Source: Eledone cirrhosa
Lineage: Eukaryota
Assembly: GCA_964016885.1 (NCBI GenBank)
Contig: OZ024741.1
Location: 17,422,001 to 17,486,000, forward strand
Direction: 5' to 3'
DNA: 64,000 bases
The notes under the pieces are model-generated. The model ran no database searches and was not told the DNA's origin. It saw only the letters and a list, made by a program, of their open reading frames with translations. Both the position numbers and the translations under genes were made by a program. Positions 40,801-56,900 of the stretch are shown piece by piece. Every line of letters starts with the position of its first letter. Position 1 is the stretch's first letter.

Positions 40801-41920
40801 GACCCTCCACCGATACTACCAATCCACCACCCTAGCATGGCGTCAGACCCTCCACCGATACTACCAATCCACCACTCTAGCATGGCGTCAGACCCTCCAC
40901 CGATACTACCAATCCACCACCCTAGCATGGTGTCCGACCCTCTACCGATACTACCAATCCACCACCCTAACATGGCGTCAGACCCTCTACCGATACTACC
41001 AATCCACCACCCTAACATGGCGTCCGACCCTCTACCGATACTACCAATCCACCACCCTAACATGGCGTCAGACCCTCCACCGATACTGCCAATCAACCAC
41101 CCTAACATGGCGTCAGACCCTCCACCGATACTGTCAATCCACCACCCTAACATGGCGTCAGACCCTCTACCGATACTACCAATCCACCACCCTAACGTGG
41201 CATCAGACCCTCCACCGATACTGCCAATCCACCACCCTAACATGGCGTCAGACCCTCTACCGATACTACCAATCCACCACCCTAACATGGCGTCAGACCC
41301 TCTACCGATACTGCCAATCCACCACCCTAGCATGGCGTCCGACCCTCTACGATACTACCAATCCACCACCCTAACATGGTGTCAGACTCTCTACCGATAC
41401 TACCAATCAACCACCCTAACATGGCGTCCTACCCTCCACCGATACTGCCAATCCACCACCCTAACATGGCGTCAGACGCTCTACCGATACTACCAATCCA
41501 CCAGCCTAGCATGGCGTCCGACCCTCTACCGATACTACCAATCCACCACCCTAACATGGCATCAGACCCTCTACCGATACTGCCAATCCACCACCCTAAC
41601 ATGGCGTCAGACCCTCTACCGATACTGCCAATCCACCACCCTAACATGGCGTCAGACCCTCTACCGATACTGCCAATCCACCACCCTAGCATGGCGTCCG
41701 ACCCTCTACCGATACTACCAATCCACCACCCTAACATGGCGTCCGACCCTCTACCGATACTACTAATCCACCACCCTAACATGGCGTCCTACCCTCCACC
41801 GATACTGCCAATCCCCCACCCTAACATGGCATCAGACCCTCTACCGATACTGCCAATCCACCACCCTAGCACGGCTTCAGACCCTCCACCGATACTACCA
41901 ATCCACCACCCTAACATGGC
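28900..41920. repeat. Tandem duplication of about 6.4-6.5 kb within the satellite
   Basis: Rare landmarks recur with a 6416-bp offset (ORF starts 30433/36849, 30703/37119, 33476/39892; TGA variant 30664/37080; 28-bp monomer 33429/39845). Boundaries are approximate. Confidence 0.88.
29038..29802. repeat. Locally homogenised sub-array of a variant monomer (ATGACGTCCAAC type), copy 1 of 3
   Basis: 17 consecutive monomers with CATGACGTCCAAC, often with CACTAC. The block recurs at about 35544-36308 and about 53304-54022. Confidence 0.9.
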
Positions 41921-44900
41921 GTCCAACCCTCCACCGATACTGTCAATCCACCACCCTAGCATGGCGTCCGACCCTCTACCGATACTACCAATCCACCACA
42001 CTAGCATGGCGTCCGACCCTCTACCGATACTGCCAATCCACCACCCTAGCATGGTGTCCGACCCTCTACCGATACTACCAATCCACCACCCTAGCATGGC
42101 GTCAGACCCTCCACCGATACTACCAATCCACCACCCTAGCATGGTGTCCGACCCTCTACCGATACTACCAATCCACCACCCTAACATGGCGTCAGACCCT
42201 CTACCGATACTAACAATCGACCACCCTAACATGGCGTCAGACCCTCTACCGATACTACCAATCCACCACCCTAACATGGCGTCAGACCCTCTACCGCTAC
42301 TGCCAATCCACCACCCTAGCATGGCGTCCGACCCTCTACCGATACTGCCAATCCACCACCCTAACATGGCGTCAGACCCTCTACCGATACTACCAATCAA
42401 CCACCCTAACATGGCGTCCTACCCTCCACCGATACTGCCAATCCACCACCCTAACATGGCGTCATACGCTCTATCGATACTACCAATCCACCACCCTAGC
42501 ATGGCGTCCGACCCTCTACCGATACTACCTATCCACCACCCTAACATGGAATCAGACCCTCCACCGATACTGCCAATCCACCACCCTAGCATGGCGTCCG
42601 ACCCTCCACCGATACTGCCAATCCACCACCCTAACATGGCATCATACCCTCTACCGATACTGCCAATCCACCACCCTAGCATGGCGTCAGACCCTCTACC
42701 GATACTACCAATCCACCACCCTAACATGGCGTCCGACCCTCTACCGATACTACCAATCCACCACCCTAACATGGCGTCAGACCCTCCACCGATACTGCCA
42801 ATCAACCACCCTAACATGGCGTCAGACCCTCCACCGATACTGTCAATCCACCACCCTAACATGGCGTCAGACCCTCTACCGATACTACCAATCCACCACC
42901 CTAACGTGGCATCAGACCCTCCACCGATACTGCCAATCCACCACCCTAACATGGCGTCAGACCCTCTACCGATACTACCAATCCACCACCCTAACATGGC
43001 GTCAGACCCTCTACCGATACTGCCAATCCACCACCCTAGCATGGCGTCCGACCCTCTACGATACTACCAATCCACCACCCTAACATGGTGTCAGACTCTC
43101 TACCGATACTACCAATCAACCACCCTAACATGGCGTCCTACCCTCCACCGATACTGCCAATCCACCACCCTAACATGGCGTCAGACGCTCTACCGATACT
43201 ACCAATCCACCACCCTAGCATGGCGTCCGACCCTCTACCGATACTACCAATCCACCACCCTAACATGGCATCAGACCCTCTACCGATACTGCCAATCCAC
43301 CACCCTAACATGGCGTCAGACCCTCTACCGATACTGCCAATCCACCACCCTAACATGGCGTCAGACCCTCTACCGATACTGCCAATCCACCACCCTAGCA
43401 TGGCGTCCGACCCTCTACCGATACTACCAATCCACCACCCTAACATGGCGTCCGACCCTCTACCGATACTACTAATCCACCACCCTAACATGGCGTCCTA
43501 CCCTCCACCGATACTGCCAATCCCCCACCCTAACATGGCATCAGACCCTCTACCGATACTGCCAATCCACCACCCTAGCACGGCTTCAGACCCTCCACCG
43601 ATACTACCAATCCACCACCCTAACATGGCGTCCAACCCTCCACCGATACTGTCAATCCACCACCCTAGCATGGCGTCCGACCCTCTACCGATACTACCAA
43701 TCCACCACACTAGCATGGCGTCCGACCCTCTACCGATACTGCCAATCCACCACCCTAGCATGGTGTCCGACCCTCTACCGATACTACCAATCCACCACCC
43801 TAGCATGGCGTCAGACCCTCCACTGATACTACCAATCCACCACCCTAGCATGGTGTCCGACCCTCTACCGATACTACCAATCCACCACCCTAACATGGCG
43901 TCAGACCCTCTACCGATACTAACAATCGACCACCCTAACATGGCGTCAGACCCTCTACCGATACTACCAATCCACCACCCTAACATGGCGTCAGACCCTC
44001 TACCGCTACTGCCAATCCACCACCCTAGCATGGCGTCCGACCCTCTACCGATACTGCCAATCCACCACCCTAACATGGCGTCAGACCCTCTACCGATACT
44101 ACCAATCAACCACCCTAACATGGCGTCCTACCCTCCACCGATACTGCCAATCCACCACCCTAACATGGCGTCATACGCTCTACCGATACTACCAATCCAC
44201 CACCCTAGCATGGCGTCCGACCCTCTACCGATACTACCTATCCACCACCCTAACATGGAATCAGACCCTCCACCGATACTGCCAATCCACCACCCTAGCA
44301 TGGCGTCCGACCCTCCACCGATACTGCCAATCCACCAACCTAACATGGCATCATACCCTCTACCGATACTGCCAATCCACCACCCTAGCATGGCGTCCGA
44401 CCCTCTACCTATACTACCTATCCACCACCCTAACATGGCGTCAGACCCTCCACCGATACTGCCAATCCACCACCCTAGCATGGCGTCAGACCCTCTACCG
44501 ATACTACCAATCAACCACCCTAACATGGCGTCAGACCCTTTACCGATACTGCCAATCCACCACCCTAACATAGCGTCAGACCCTCTACCGATACTGCCAA
44601 TCCACCACCCTAACATGGCGTCAGACCCTCTACCGATACTACCAATCAACCACCCTAACATGGCGTCAGACCCTTTACCGATACTGCCAATCCACCACCC
44701 TAACATAGCGTCAGACCCTCTACCGATACTGCCAATCCACCACCCTAACATAGCGTCAGACCCTCTACCGATACTGCCAATCCACCACCCTAACATAGCG
44801 TCAGACCCTCTACCGATACTGCCAATCCACCACCCTAACATAGCGTCAGACCCTCTACCGATACTGCCAATCCACCACCCTAGCATGGCGTCAGACCCTC

Positions 44901-47900
44901 TACCGATACTGCCAATCCACCACCCTAACATGGCATCAGACCCTCTACCGATACTGCCAATCCACCACCCTAACATGGCGTCAGACCCTCTACCGAAACT
45001 ACCAATCAACCACCCTAACATGGCGTCCTACCCTCCACCGATACTGCCAATCCACCACCCTAACATAGCGTCTGACCCTCTACCACCCTAACATAGCGTC
45101 CTACCCTCCACCGAAACTGCCAATCCACCACCCTAATATGGCATCAGACCCTCCACCGATACTACCAATCCACCACCCTAACATGGCGTCTGACCCTATA
45201 CCGATACTACCAATCCACCACACTAACATGGCGTCAGACCCTCTACCGATACTGCCAATCCACCACCCTAACATGGCGTCAGACCCTCTACCGATACTGC
45301 CAATCCACCACCCTAACATGGCGTCCTACCCTCCACCGATACTGCCAATCCACCACCCTAACATGGTGTCAGACCCTCCACCGATACTGCCAATCCACCA
45401 CCCTAACATGGCGTCCTACCCTCCACCGATACTGCCAATCCACCATCCTAACATGGCGTCAGACCCTCTACCGATACTACCAATTCACCACCCTAAAATG
45501 GCGTCCTACCCTCCACCGATACTGCCAATCCACCACCCTAACATGGTGTCAGACCCTCCACCGATACTACCAATCCACCACCCTAACATGGCGTCCGACC
45601 CTCTACCGATACTACCAATCCACCACCCTAACATGGCGTCCTACCCTCTACCGATACTGCCAATCCACCACCCTAGCATGGCTTCAGACCCTCCACCGAT
45701 ACTGCCAATCCACCACCCTAACATGGCATCAGACCCTCTACCGATACTGCCAATCCACCACACTAGCATGGCTTCAGACCCTCCACCGATACTACCAATC
45801 CACCACCCTAACATGGCGTCAGACCCTCTACCGATACTACCAATCCACCACCCTAACATGGCGTCCTACCATCCACCGATACTGTCAATCCACCACCCTA
45901 GCATGGCGTCCGACCCTCTACCGATACTACCAATCCACCACACTAGCATGGCGTCCGACCCTCTACCGATAATGCCAATCCACCACCCTAGCATGGTGTC
46001 CGACCCTCTACCGATACTGCCAATCCACCACCCTAGCATGGCGTCAGACCCTCTACCGATACTACCAATCCACCACTCTAGCATGGCGTCAGACCCTCCA
46101 CCGATACTACCAATCCACCACCCTAGCATGGCGTCCGACCCTCTACCGATACTACCAATCCACCACACTAGCATGGCGTCCGACCCTCTACCGATAATGC
46201 CAATCCACCACCCTAGCATGGTGTCCGACCCTCTACCGATACTACCAATCCACCACCCTAGCATGGTGTCCGACCCTCTACCGATACTACCAATCCACCA
46301 CCCTAACATGGCGTCAGACCCTCTACCGATACTACCAATCCACCACCCTAACATGGCGTCCGACCCTCTACCGATACTACCAATCCACCACTCTAGCATG
46401 GCGTCAGACCCTCCACCGATACTACCAATCCACCACCCTAGCATGGCGTCCGACCCTCTACCGATACTGCCAATCCACCACCCTAGCATGGCGTCAGACC
46501 CTCTACCGATACTACCAATCCACCACTCTAGCATGGCGTCAGACCCTCCACCGATACTACCAATCCACCACCCTAGCATGGCGTCCGACCCTCTACCGAT
46601 ACTACCAATCCACCACACTAGCATGGCGTCCGACCCTCTACCGATAATGCCAATCCACCACCCTAGCATGGTGTCCGACCCTCTACCGATACTACCAATC
46701 CACCACCCTAGCATGGTGTCCGACCCTCTACCGATACTACCAATCCACCACCCTAACATGGCGTCAGACCCTCTACCGATACTACCAATCCACCACCCTA
46801 ACATGGCGTCCGACCCTCTACCGATACTACCAATCCACCACCCTAACATGGCGTCAGACCCTCCACCGATACTACCAATCCACCACCCTAGCATGGCGTC
46901 CGACCCTCTACCGATACTACCAATCCACCACCCTAACATGGCATCAGACCCTCTACCGATACTGCCAATCCACCACCCTAGCATGGCGTCCGACCCTCTA
47001 CCGATACTACCTATCCACCACCCTAACATGGCGTCAGACCCTCCACCGATACTGCCAATCCACAACCCTAACATGGCGTCAGACCCTCTACCGATACTGC
47101 CAATCCACCACCCTAACATGGCGTCAGACCCTCTACCGATACTGCCAATCCACCACCCTAGCATGGCGTCCGACCCTCTACCGATACTACCAATCCACCA
47201 CCCTAACATGGCGTCCGACCCACTACCGATACTACTAATCCACCACCCTAACATGGCGTCCTACCCTCCACCGATACTGCCAATCCCCCACCCTAACATG
47301 GCATCAGACCCTCTACCGATACTGCCAATCCACCACCCTAGCACGGCTTCAGACCCTCCACCGATACTACCAATCCACCACCCTAACATGGCGTCCAACC
47401 CTCCACCGATACTGTCAATCCACCACCCTAGCATGGCGTCCGACCCTCTACCGATACTACCAATCCACCACACTAGCATGGCGTCCGACCCTCTACCGAT
47501 ACTGCCAATCCACCACCCTAGCATGGTGTCCGACCCTCTACCGATACTACCAATCCACCACCCTAGCATGGCGTCAGACCCTCCACCGATACTACCAATC
47601 CACCACCCTAGCATGGTGTCCGACCCTCTACCGATACTACCAATCCACCACCCTAACATGGCGTCAGACCCTCTACCGATACTAACAATCGACCACCCTA
47701 ACATGGCGTCAGACCCTCTACCGATACTACCAATCCACCACCCTAACATGGCGTCAGACCCTCTACCGCTACTGCCAATCCACCACCCTAGCATGGCGTC
47801 CGACCCTCTACCGATACTGCCAATCCACCACCCTAACATGGCGTCAGACCCTCTACCGATACTACCAATCAACCACCCTAACATGGCGTCCTACCCTCCA

Positions 47901-50900
47901 CCGATACTGCCAATCCACCACCCTAACATGGCGTCATACGCTCTACCGATACTACCAATCCACCACCCTAGCATGGCGTCCGACCCTCTACCGATACTAC
48001 CTATCCACCACCCTAACATGGAATCAGACCCTCCACCGATACTGCCAATCCACCACCCTAGCATGGCGTCCGACCCTCCACCGATACTGCCAATCCACCA
48101 CCCTAACATGGCATCATACCCTCTACCGATACTGCCAATCCACCACCCTAGCATGGCGTCCGACCCTCTACCTATACTACCTATCCACCACCCTAACATG
48201 GCGTCAGACCCTCCACCGATACTGCCAATCCACCACCCTAGCATGGCGTCAGACCCTCTACCGATACTACCAATCAACCACCCTAACATGGCGTCAGACC
48301 CTTTACCGATACTGCCAATCCACCACCCTAACATAGCGTCAGACCCTCTACCGATACTGCCAATCAACCACCCTAACATGGCATCAGACCCTCTACCGAT
48401 ACTGCCAATCCACCACCCTAACATGGCATCAGACCCTCTACCGATACTGCCAATCCACCACCCTAACATGGCGTCAGACCCTCTACCGAAACTACCAATC
48501 AACCACCCTAACATGGCGTCCTACCCTCCACCGATACTGCCAATCCACCACCCTAACATAGCGTCTGACCCTCTACCACCCTAACATAGCGTCCTACCCT
48601 CCACCGAAACTGCCAATCCACCACCCTAATATGGCATCAGACCCTCCACCGATACTACCAATCCACCACCCTAACATGGCGTCTGACCCTATACCGATAC
48701 TACCAATCCACCACACTAACATGGCGTCAGACCCTCTACCGATACTGCCAATCCACCACCCTAACATGGCGTCAGACCCTCTACCGATACTGCCAATCCA
48801 CCACCCTAACATGGCGTCCTACCCTCCACCGATACTGCCAATCCACCACCCTAACATGGTGTCAGACCCTCCACCGATACTGCCAATCCACCACCCTAAC
48901 ATGGCGTCCTACCCTCCACCGATACTGCCAATCCACCATCCTAACATGGCGTCAGACCCTCTACCGATACTACCAATTCACCACCCTAAAATGGCGTCCT
49001 ACCCTCCACCGATACTGCCAATCCACCACCCTAACATGGTGTCAGACCCTCCACCGATACTACCAATCCACCACCCTAACATGGCGTCCGACCCTCTACC
49101 GATACTACCAATCCACCACCCTAACATGGCGTCCTACCCTCTACCGATACTGCCAATCCACCACCCTAGCATGGCTTCAGACCCTCCACCGATACTGCCA
49201 ATCCACCACCCTAACATGGCATCAGACCCTCTACCGATACTGCCAATCCACCACCCTAGCATGGCTTCAGACCCTCCACCGATACTACCAATCCACCACC
49301 CTAACATGGCGTCAGACCCTCTACCGATACTACCAATCCACCACCCTAACATGGCGTCCTACCATCCACCGATACTGTCAATCCACCACCCAAGCATGGC
49401 GTCCGACCCTCTACCGATACTACCAATCCACCACCCTAGCATGGTGTCCGACCCTCTACCGATACTACCAATCCACCACTCTAGCATGGCGTCAGACCCT
49501 CCACCGATACTACCAATCCACCACCCTAGCATGGTGTCCGACCCTCTACCGATACTACCAATCCACCACCCTAACATGGCGTCAGACCCTCTACCGATAC
49601 TACCAATCCACCACCCTAACATGGCGTCCGACCCTCTACCGATACTACCAATCCACCACCCTAACGTGGCGTCAGACCCTCCACCGATACTACCAATCCA
49701 CCACCCTAGCATGGCGTCCGACCCTCTACCGATACTACCAATCCACCACCCTAACATGGCATCAGACCCTCTACCGATACTGCGAATCCACCACCCTAGC
49801 ATGGCGTCCGACCCTCTACCGATACTACCTATCCACCACCCTAACATGGCGTCAGACCCTCCACCGATACTGCCAATCCACAACCCTAACATGGCGTCAG
49901 ACCCTCTACCGATACTGCCAATCCACCACCCTAGCATGGCGTCAGACCCTCTACCGATACTGCCAATCCACCACCCTAGCATGGCGTCCGACCCTCTACC
50001 GATACTGCCAATCCACTACCCTAGCATGGCGTCCGACCCTCTACCGATACTACCAATCCACCACCCTAACATGGCGTCCGACCCACTACCGATACTACTA
50101 ATCCACCACCCTAACATGGCGTCCTACCCTCCACCGATACTGCCAATCCCCCACCCTAACATGGCATCAGACCCTCTACCGATACTGCCAATCCACCACC
50201 CTAGCACGGCTTCAGACCCTCCACCGATACTACCAATCCACCACCCTAACATGGCGTCCAACCCTCCACCGATACTGTCAATCCACCACCCTAGCATGGC
50301 GTCCGACCCTCTACCGATACTACCAATCCACCACACTAGCATGGCGTCCGACCCTCTACCGATACTGCCAATCCACCACCCTAGCATGGTGTCCGACCCT
50401 CTACCGATACTACCAATCCACCACACTAGCATGGCGTCAGACCCTCCACCGATACTACCAATCCACCACCCTAGCATGGTGTCCGACCCTCTACCGATAC
50501 TACCAATCCACCACCCTCACATGGCGTCAGACCCTCTACCGATACTAACAATCGACCACCCTAACATGGCGTCAGACCCTCTACCGATACTACCAATCCA
50601 CCACCCTAACATGGCGTCAGACCCTCTACCGATACTAACAATCGACCACCCTAACATGGCGTCAGACCCTCTACCGATACTACCAATCCACCACCCTAAC
50701 ATGGCGTCAGACCCTCTACCGATACTGCCAATCCACCACCCTAACATGGCGTCAGACCCTCCACCGATACTGCCAATCCACCACCCTAACATGGCGTCTG
50801 ACCCTCTACCACCCTAACATAGCGTCCTACCCTCCACCGATACTGCCAATCCACCACCCTAATATGGCGTCAGACCCTCCACCGATACTACCAATCCACC

Positions 50901-53900
50901 ACCCTAACATGGCGTCAGACCCTCTACCAATACTGCCAATCCACCACCCTAGCATGGCGTCCGACCCTCTAACGATACTACCAATCCACCACCCTAACAT
51001 GGCGTCAGACCCTCTACCGAAACTACCAATCAACCACCCTAACATGGCATCAGACCCTCTACCGATACTGCCAATCCACCACCCTAACATGGCGTCCTAC
51101 CATCCACCGATACTGTCAATCCACCACCCTAGCATGGCGTCCGACCCTCTACCGATACTACCAATCCACCACCCTAACATGGCGTCCTACCATCCACCGA
51201 TACTGTCAATCCACCACCCTAGCATGGCGTCCGACCCTCTACCGATACTACCAATCCACCACACTAGCATGGCGTCCGACCCTCTACCGATAATGCCAAT
51301 CCACCACCCTAGCATGGTGTCCGACCCTCTACCGATACTACCAATCCACCACTCTAGCATGGCGTCAGACCCTCCACCGATACTACCAATCCACCACCCT
51401 AGCATGGTGTCCGACCCTCTACCGATACTACCAATCCACCACCCTAACATGGCGTCAGACCCTCTACCGATACTACCAATCCACCACCCTAGCATGGCGT
51501 CCGACCCTCTACCGATACTACCAATCCACCACCCTAACATGGCATCAGACCCTCTACCGATACTGCCAATCCACCACCCTAGCATGGCGTCCGACCCTCT
51601 ACCGATACTACCTATCCACCACCCTAACATGGCGTCAGACCCTCCACCGATACTGCCAATCCACAACCCTAACATGGCGTCAGACCCTCTACCGATACTG
51701 CCAATCCACCACCCTAACATGGCGTCAGACCCTCTACCGATACTGCCAATCCACCACCCTAGCATGGCGTCCGACCCTCTACCGATACTACCAATCCACC
51801 ACCCTAACATGGCGTCCGACCCTCTACCGATACTACTAATCCACCACCCTAACATGGCGTCCTACCCTCCACCGATACTGCCAATCCCCCACCCTAACAT
51901 GGCATCAGACCCTCTACCGATACTGCCAATCCACCACCCTAGCACGGCTTCAGACCCTCCACCGATACTACCAATCCACCATCCTAATATGGCGTCCAAC
52001 CCTCCACCGATACTGTCAATCCACCACCCTAGCATGGCGTCCGACCCTCTACCGATACTACCAATCCACCACACTAGCATGGCGTCCGACCCTCTACCGA
52101 TACTGCCAATCCACCACCCTAGCATGGTGTCCGACCCTCTACCGATACTACCAATCCACCACCCTAGCATGGCGTCAGACCCTCCACCGATACTACCAAT
52201 CCACCACCCTAGCATGGTGTCCGACCCTCTACCGATACTACCAATCCACCACCCTAACATGGCGTCAGACCCTCTACCGATACTAACAATCGACCACCCT
52301 AACATGGCGTCAGACCCTCTACCGATACTACCAATCCACCACCCTAGCATGGCGTCAGACCCTCTACCGATACAGTCAATCCACCACCCTAACATGGCGT
52401 CAGACCCTCTACCGATACTACCAATCCACCACCCTAACATGGCATCAGACCCTCCACCGATACTGCCAATCCACCACCCTAACATGGCGTCAGACCCTCC
52501 ACCGATACTGCCAATCCACCACCCTAACATGGCGTCTGACCCTCTACCACCCTAACATAGCGTCCTACCCTCCACCGAAACTGCCAATCCACCACCCTAA
52601 TATGGCGTCAGACCCTCCACCGATACTACCAATCCACCACCCTAACATGGCGTCAGGCCCTCTACCGATACTGCCAATCCACCACCCTAGCATGGCGTCC
52701 GACCCTCTAACGATACTACCAATCCACCACCCTAACATGGCGTCAGACCCTCTACCGAAACTACCAATCAACCACCCTAACATGGCTTCAGACCCTCCAC
52801 CGATACTGCCAATCCACCACCCTAACATAGCGTCTGACCCTCTACCACCCTAACATAGCGTCCTACCCTCCACCGAAACTGCCAATCCACCACCCTAATA
52901 TGGCGTCAGACCCTCTACCGATACTACCAATCCACCACGCTAACATGGCGTCAGACCCTCTACCGATGCTGCCAATCCACCACCCTAACATGGCGTCAGA
53001 CCCTCTACCGATACTGCCAATCCACCACCCTAACATAGCGTCAGACGCTCTACCGATACTGCCAATCCACCACCCTAACATGGCGTCAGACCCTCTACCG
53101 ATACTGCCAATCCACCACCCTAACATGGTGTCAGACCCTCCACCGAGACTACCAATCCACCACCCTAACATGGCGTCAGACCCTCCACCGATACTGCCAA
53201 TCCACCACCCTAACATGGCGTCCGACCCTCCACCGATACTGCCAATCCACCACCCTAACATGGCGTCCGACCCTCTACCAATACTGCCAATCCACTACCC
53301 TAGCATGACGTCCAACCCTCTACCGATACTACCAATCCACCACCCTAGCATGACGTCCAACCCTCTACCGATACTACCAATCCACTACCCAAACATGACG
53401 TCCAACCCTCTACCGATACTACCAATCCACTACCCTAGCATGACGTCCAACCCTCTACCGATACTACCAATCCACTACCCTAGCATGACGTCCAACCCTC
53501 TACCGATACTACCAATCCACTACCCTAGCATGACGTCCAACCCTCTACCGATACTACCATCCACTACCCTAGCATGACGTCCAACCCTCTACCGATACTA
53601 CCAATCCACCACCCTAACATGACGTCCAACCCTCTACCGATACTACCAATCCACTACCCTAGCATGACGTCCAACCCTCTACCGATACTACCAATCCACC
53701 ACCCTAGCATGACGTCCAACCCTCTACCGATACTACCAATCCACCACCCTAGCATGACGTCCAACCCTCTACCAATACTGCCAATCCACTACCCTAGCAT
53801 GACGTCCAACCCTCTAGCGATACTACCAATCCACCACCCTAGCATGACGTCCAACCCTCTACCGATACTACCAATCCACTACCCTAGCATGACGTCCAAC

Positions 53901-56900
53901 CCTCTACCGATACTACCAATCCACCACCCTAGCATGACGTCCAACCCTCTACCGATACTACCAATCCACTACCCTAGCATGACGTCCAGCCCTCTACCGA
54001 TACTGCCAATCAACCACCCTAACATGGCTTCCAACCCTCTACCGATACTACCAATCTACCACCCTAGCATGGCTTCAGACCCTCTACCGATACTGCCAAT
54101 CAACCACCCTAACATGGCGTCCAACCCTCTACCCATACTGCCAATCAACCACCCTAGCATGGCTTCAGACCCTCTACCGATACTGCCAATCAACCACCCT
54201 AACATGGCGTCCAACCCTCTACCGATACTGCCAATCTTCCACCCTAGCATGGCGTCCGACTCTCTACCGATACTGCCAATCCACCACCCTAACATGGCGT
54301 CCGACCCTCTACCGATACTACCAATCAACCACCCTAACATGGCGTCAGACCCTCTACCGATACTGCCAATCTACCACCCTAGCATGGCGTGCAACCCTCT
54401 ACCAATACTGCCAATCAACCACCCTAACATGGCGTCAGACCCTCCACCGATACTACCAATCCGCCACCCTAGCATGGCGTCCAACCCTCTACCGATACTG
54501 CCAATCCACCACCCTAACATGGCGTCCGACCCTCTACCGATACTACCAATCCACCACCCTAACATGGCGTCCGACCCTCTACCGATACTACCAATCCACC
54601 AGCCTAGTATGGCGTCCAACCCTCTACCGATACCAATCCTCCACCCTAGCATGGCGTCCGACCCTCTACCGATACTACCAATCCACCACCCTAACATGGC
54701 GTCAGACCCTCCACCGATACTACCAATCCGCCAACCTAGCATGGCGTCCAACAATCTACCGATACTGCCAATCAACCACACTAACATGGCGTCAGACCCT
54801 CCACCGATACTGCCAATCAACCACCCTAACATGGCGTTAGACCCTCCAACGATACTACCAATAGGCCACCCTAGCATGGCGTCAAACCCTCTACCGACAC
54901 TACCAATCCACCACCCTAACATGGCGTCCAATCCTCTACCGATACTACCAATCCACCACCCTAACATGGCGTCAGACCCTCTACCGAACTGCCAATCCAC
55001 CACCCTAACATGGCGTCAGACCCTCTACCGATACTGCCAATCCACCACCCTAACATAGCGTCAGACGCACTACCGATACTGCCAATCCACCACCCTAACA
55101 TGGCGTCAGACCCTCTACCGATACTGCCAATCCACCACCCTAACATGGCGTCAGACCCTCCACCGATACTGCCAATCCACCACCCTAACATGGCGTCCGA
55201 CCCTCCACCGATACTGCCAATCTACCACCCTAACATGGCGTCAGACCCTCCACCGATACTGCCAATCCACCACCCTAACATGGCGTCCGACCCTCTACCA
55301 ATACTGCCAATCCACTACCCTAGCATGACGTCCAACCCTCTACCGATACTACCAATCAACAACCCTAGCATGACCTCCAACCCTCTACCGATACTACCAA
55401 TCCACCACCCTAACATGGCGTCAGACCCTCTACCGATACTACCAATCTACCACCCTAGCATGGCTTCAGACCCTCCACCGATACTACCAATCCACCAGCC
55501 TAACATGGCATCCTACTCTCCACCGATACTGTCAATCCACCACCCTAACATGGCGTCCGACCCTCTACCGATACTACCAATCCACCACCTTAGCAGGGCG
55601 TCCAACCCTCTACCGATACTACCAATCCACCACCCTAGCATGGCGTCCGACCCTCTACCGATACTACCAATCCACCACACTAGCATGGCGTCCGACCCTC
55701 TACCGATACTACCAATCCACCACCCTAACATGAAGTCAGACCCTCCACCGATACTACCAATCCACCACCCTAACATGGCGTCAGACCCTCTACCGATACT
55801 GCCGATCTTCCACCCTAGCATGGCGTCCGACTCTCTACCGATACTGCCAATCCACCACCCTAACATGGCGACCGACCCTCTACCGATACTACCAATCCAC
55901 CACCCTAACATGGCGTCCGACCCTCTACCGATACTACCAATCCATCACCCTAGTATGGCGTCCAACCCTCTACCGATACTACCAATCCACCACCCTAGCA
56001 TGGCGTCCGACCCTCTACCGATACTACCAATCCACCACCCTAACATGGCGTCAGACCCTCCACCGATACTACCAATCCGCCAACCTAGCATGGCGTCCAA
56101 CAATCTACCGATACTGCCAATCAACCACACTAACATGGCGTCAGACCCTCCACCGATACTACCAATCCGCCACCCTAGCATGGCGTCCAACCCTCTACCG
56201 ATACTGCCAATCAACCACCCTAACATGGCGTCCAACCCTCTACCGATACTGCCAATCAACCACCCTAACATGGCGTTAGACCCTCCAACGATACTACCAA
56301 TCCGCCACCCTAGCATGGCGTCAAACCCTCTACCGACACTACCAATCCACCACCCTAACATGGCGTCCAATCCTCTACCGATACTACCAATCCACCACCC
56401 TAGCAAGGCGTCCGACCCTCTACCGATACTACCAATCCAACACCCTAACATGGCGTCCAACCCTCTACCGATACTACCAATCCACCACCCTAGCATGGCT
56501 ACCGAACCCTCTACCGATACTACCAATCCACCACACTAGCATGGCATCAGACCCTCTACCAACACTGCCAATCCACCACCCTAACATGTCCAACCCTCTC
56601 CCAATACTACCAATCCACCACCCTAGCATGGCGTTCGACCCTCTACCGATACTGCCAATCCACCACCCTAGCATGGCGTCCGACCCTCTACCGATACTGC
56701 CAATCCACCACCCTAGCATGGCGTCCGACCCTCCACCGATACTGCCAATCCACCACCCTAACATGGCGTCAGACCCTCTACCAATACTGCCAATCCACCA
56801 CCATAACATGGCGTCAGACCCTCTACCGACACTACCAATCCACCACCCTAGCATGGCGTCCGACCCTCCACCGATACTGCCAATCCACCACACTAGCATA

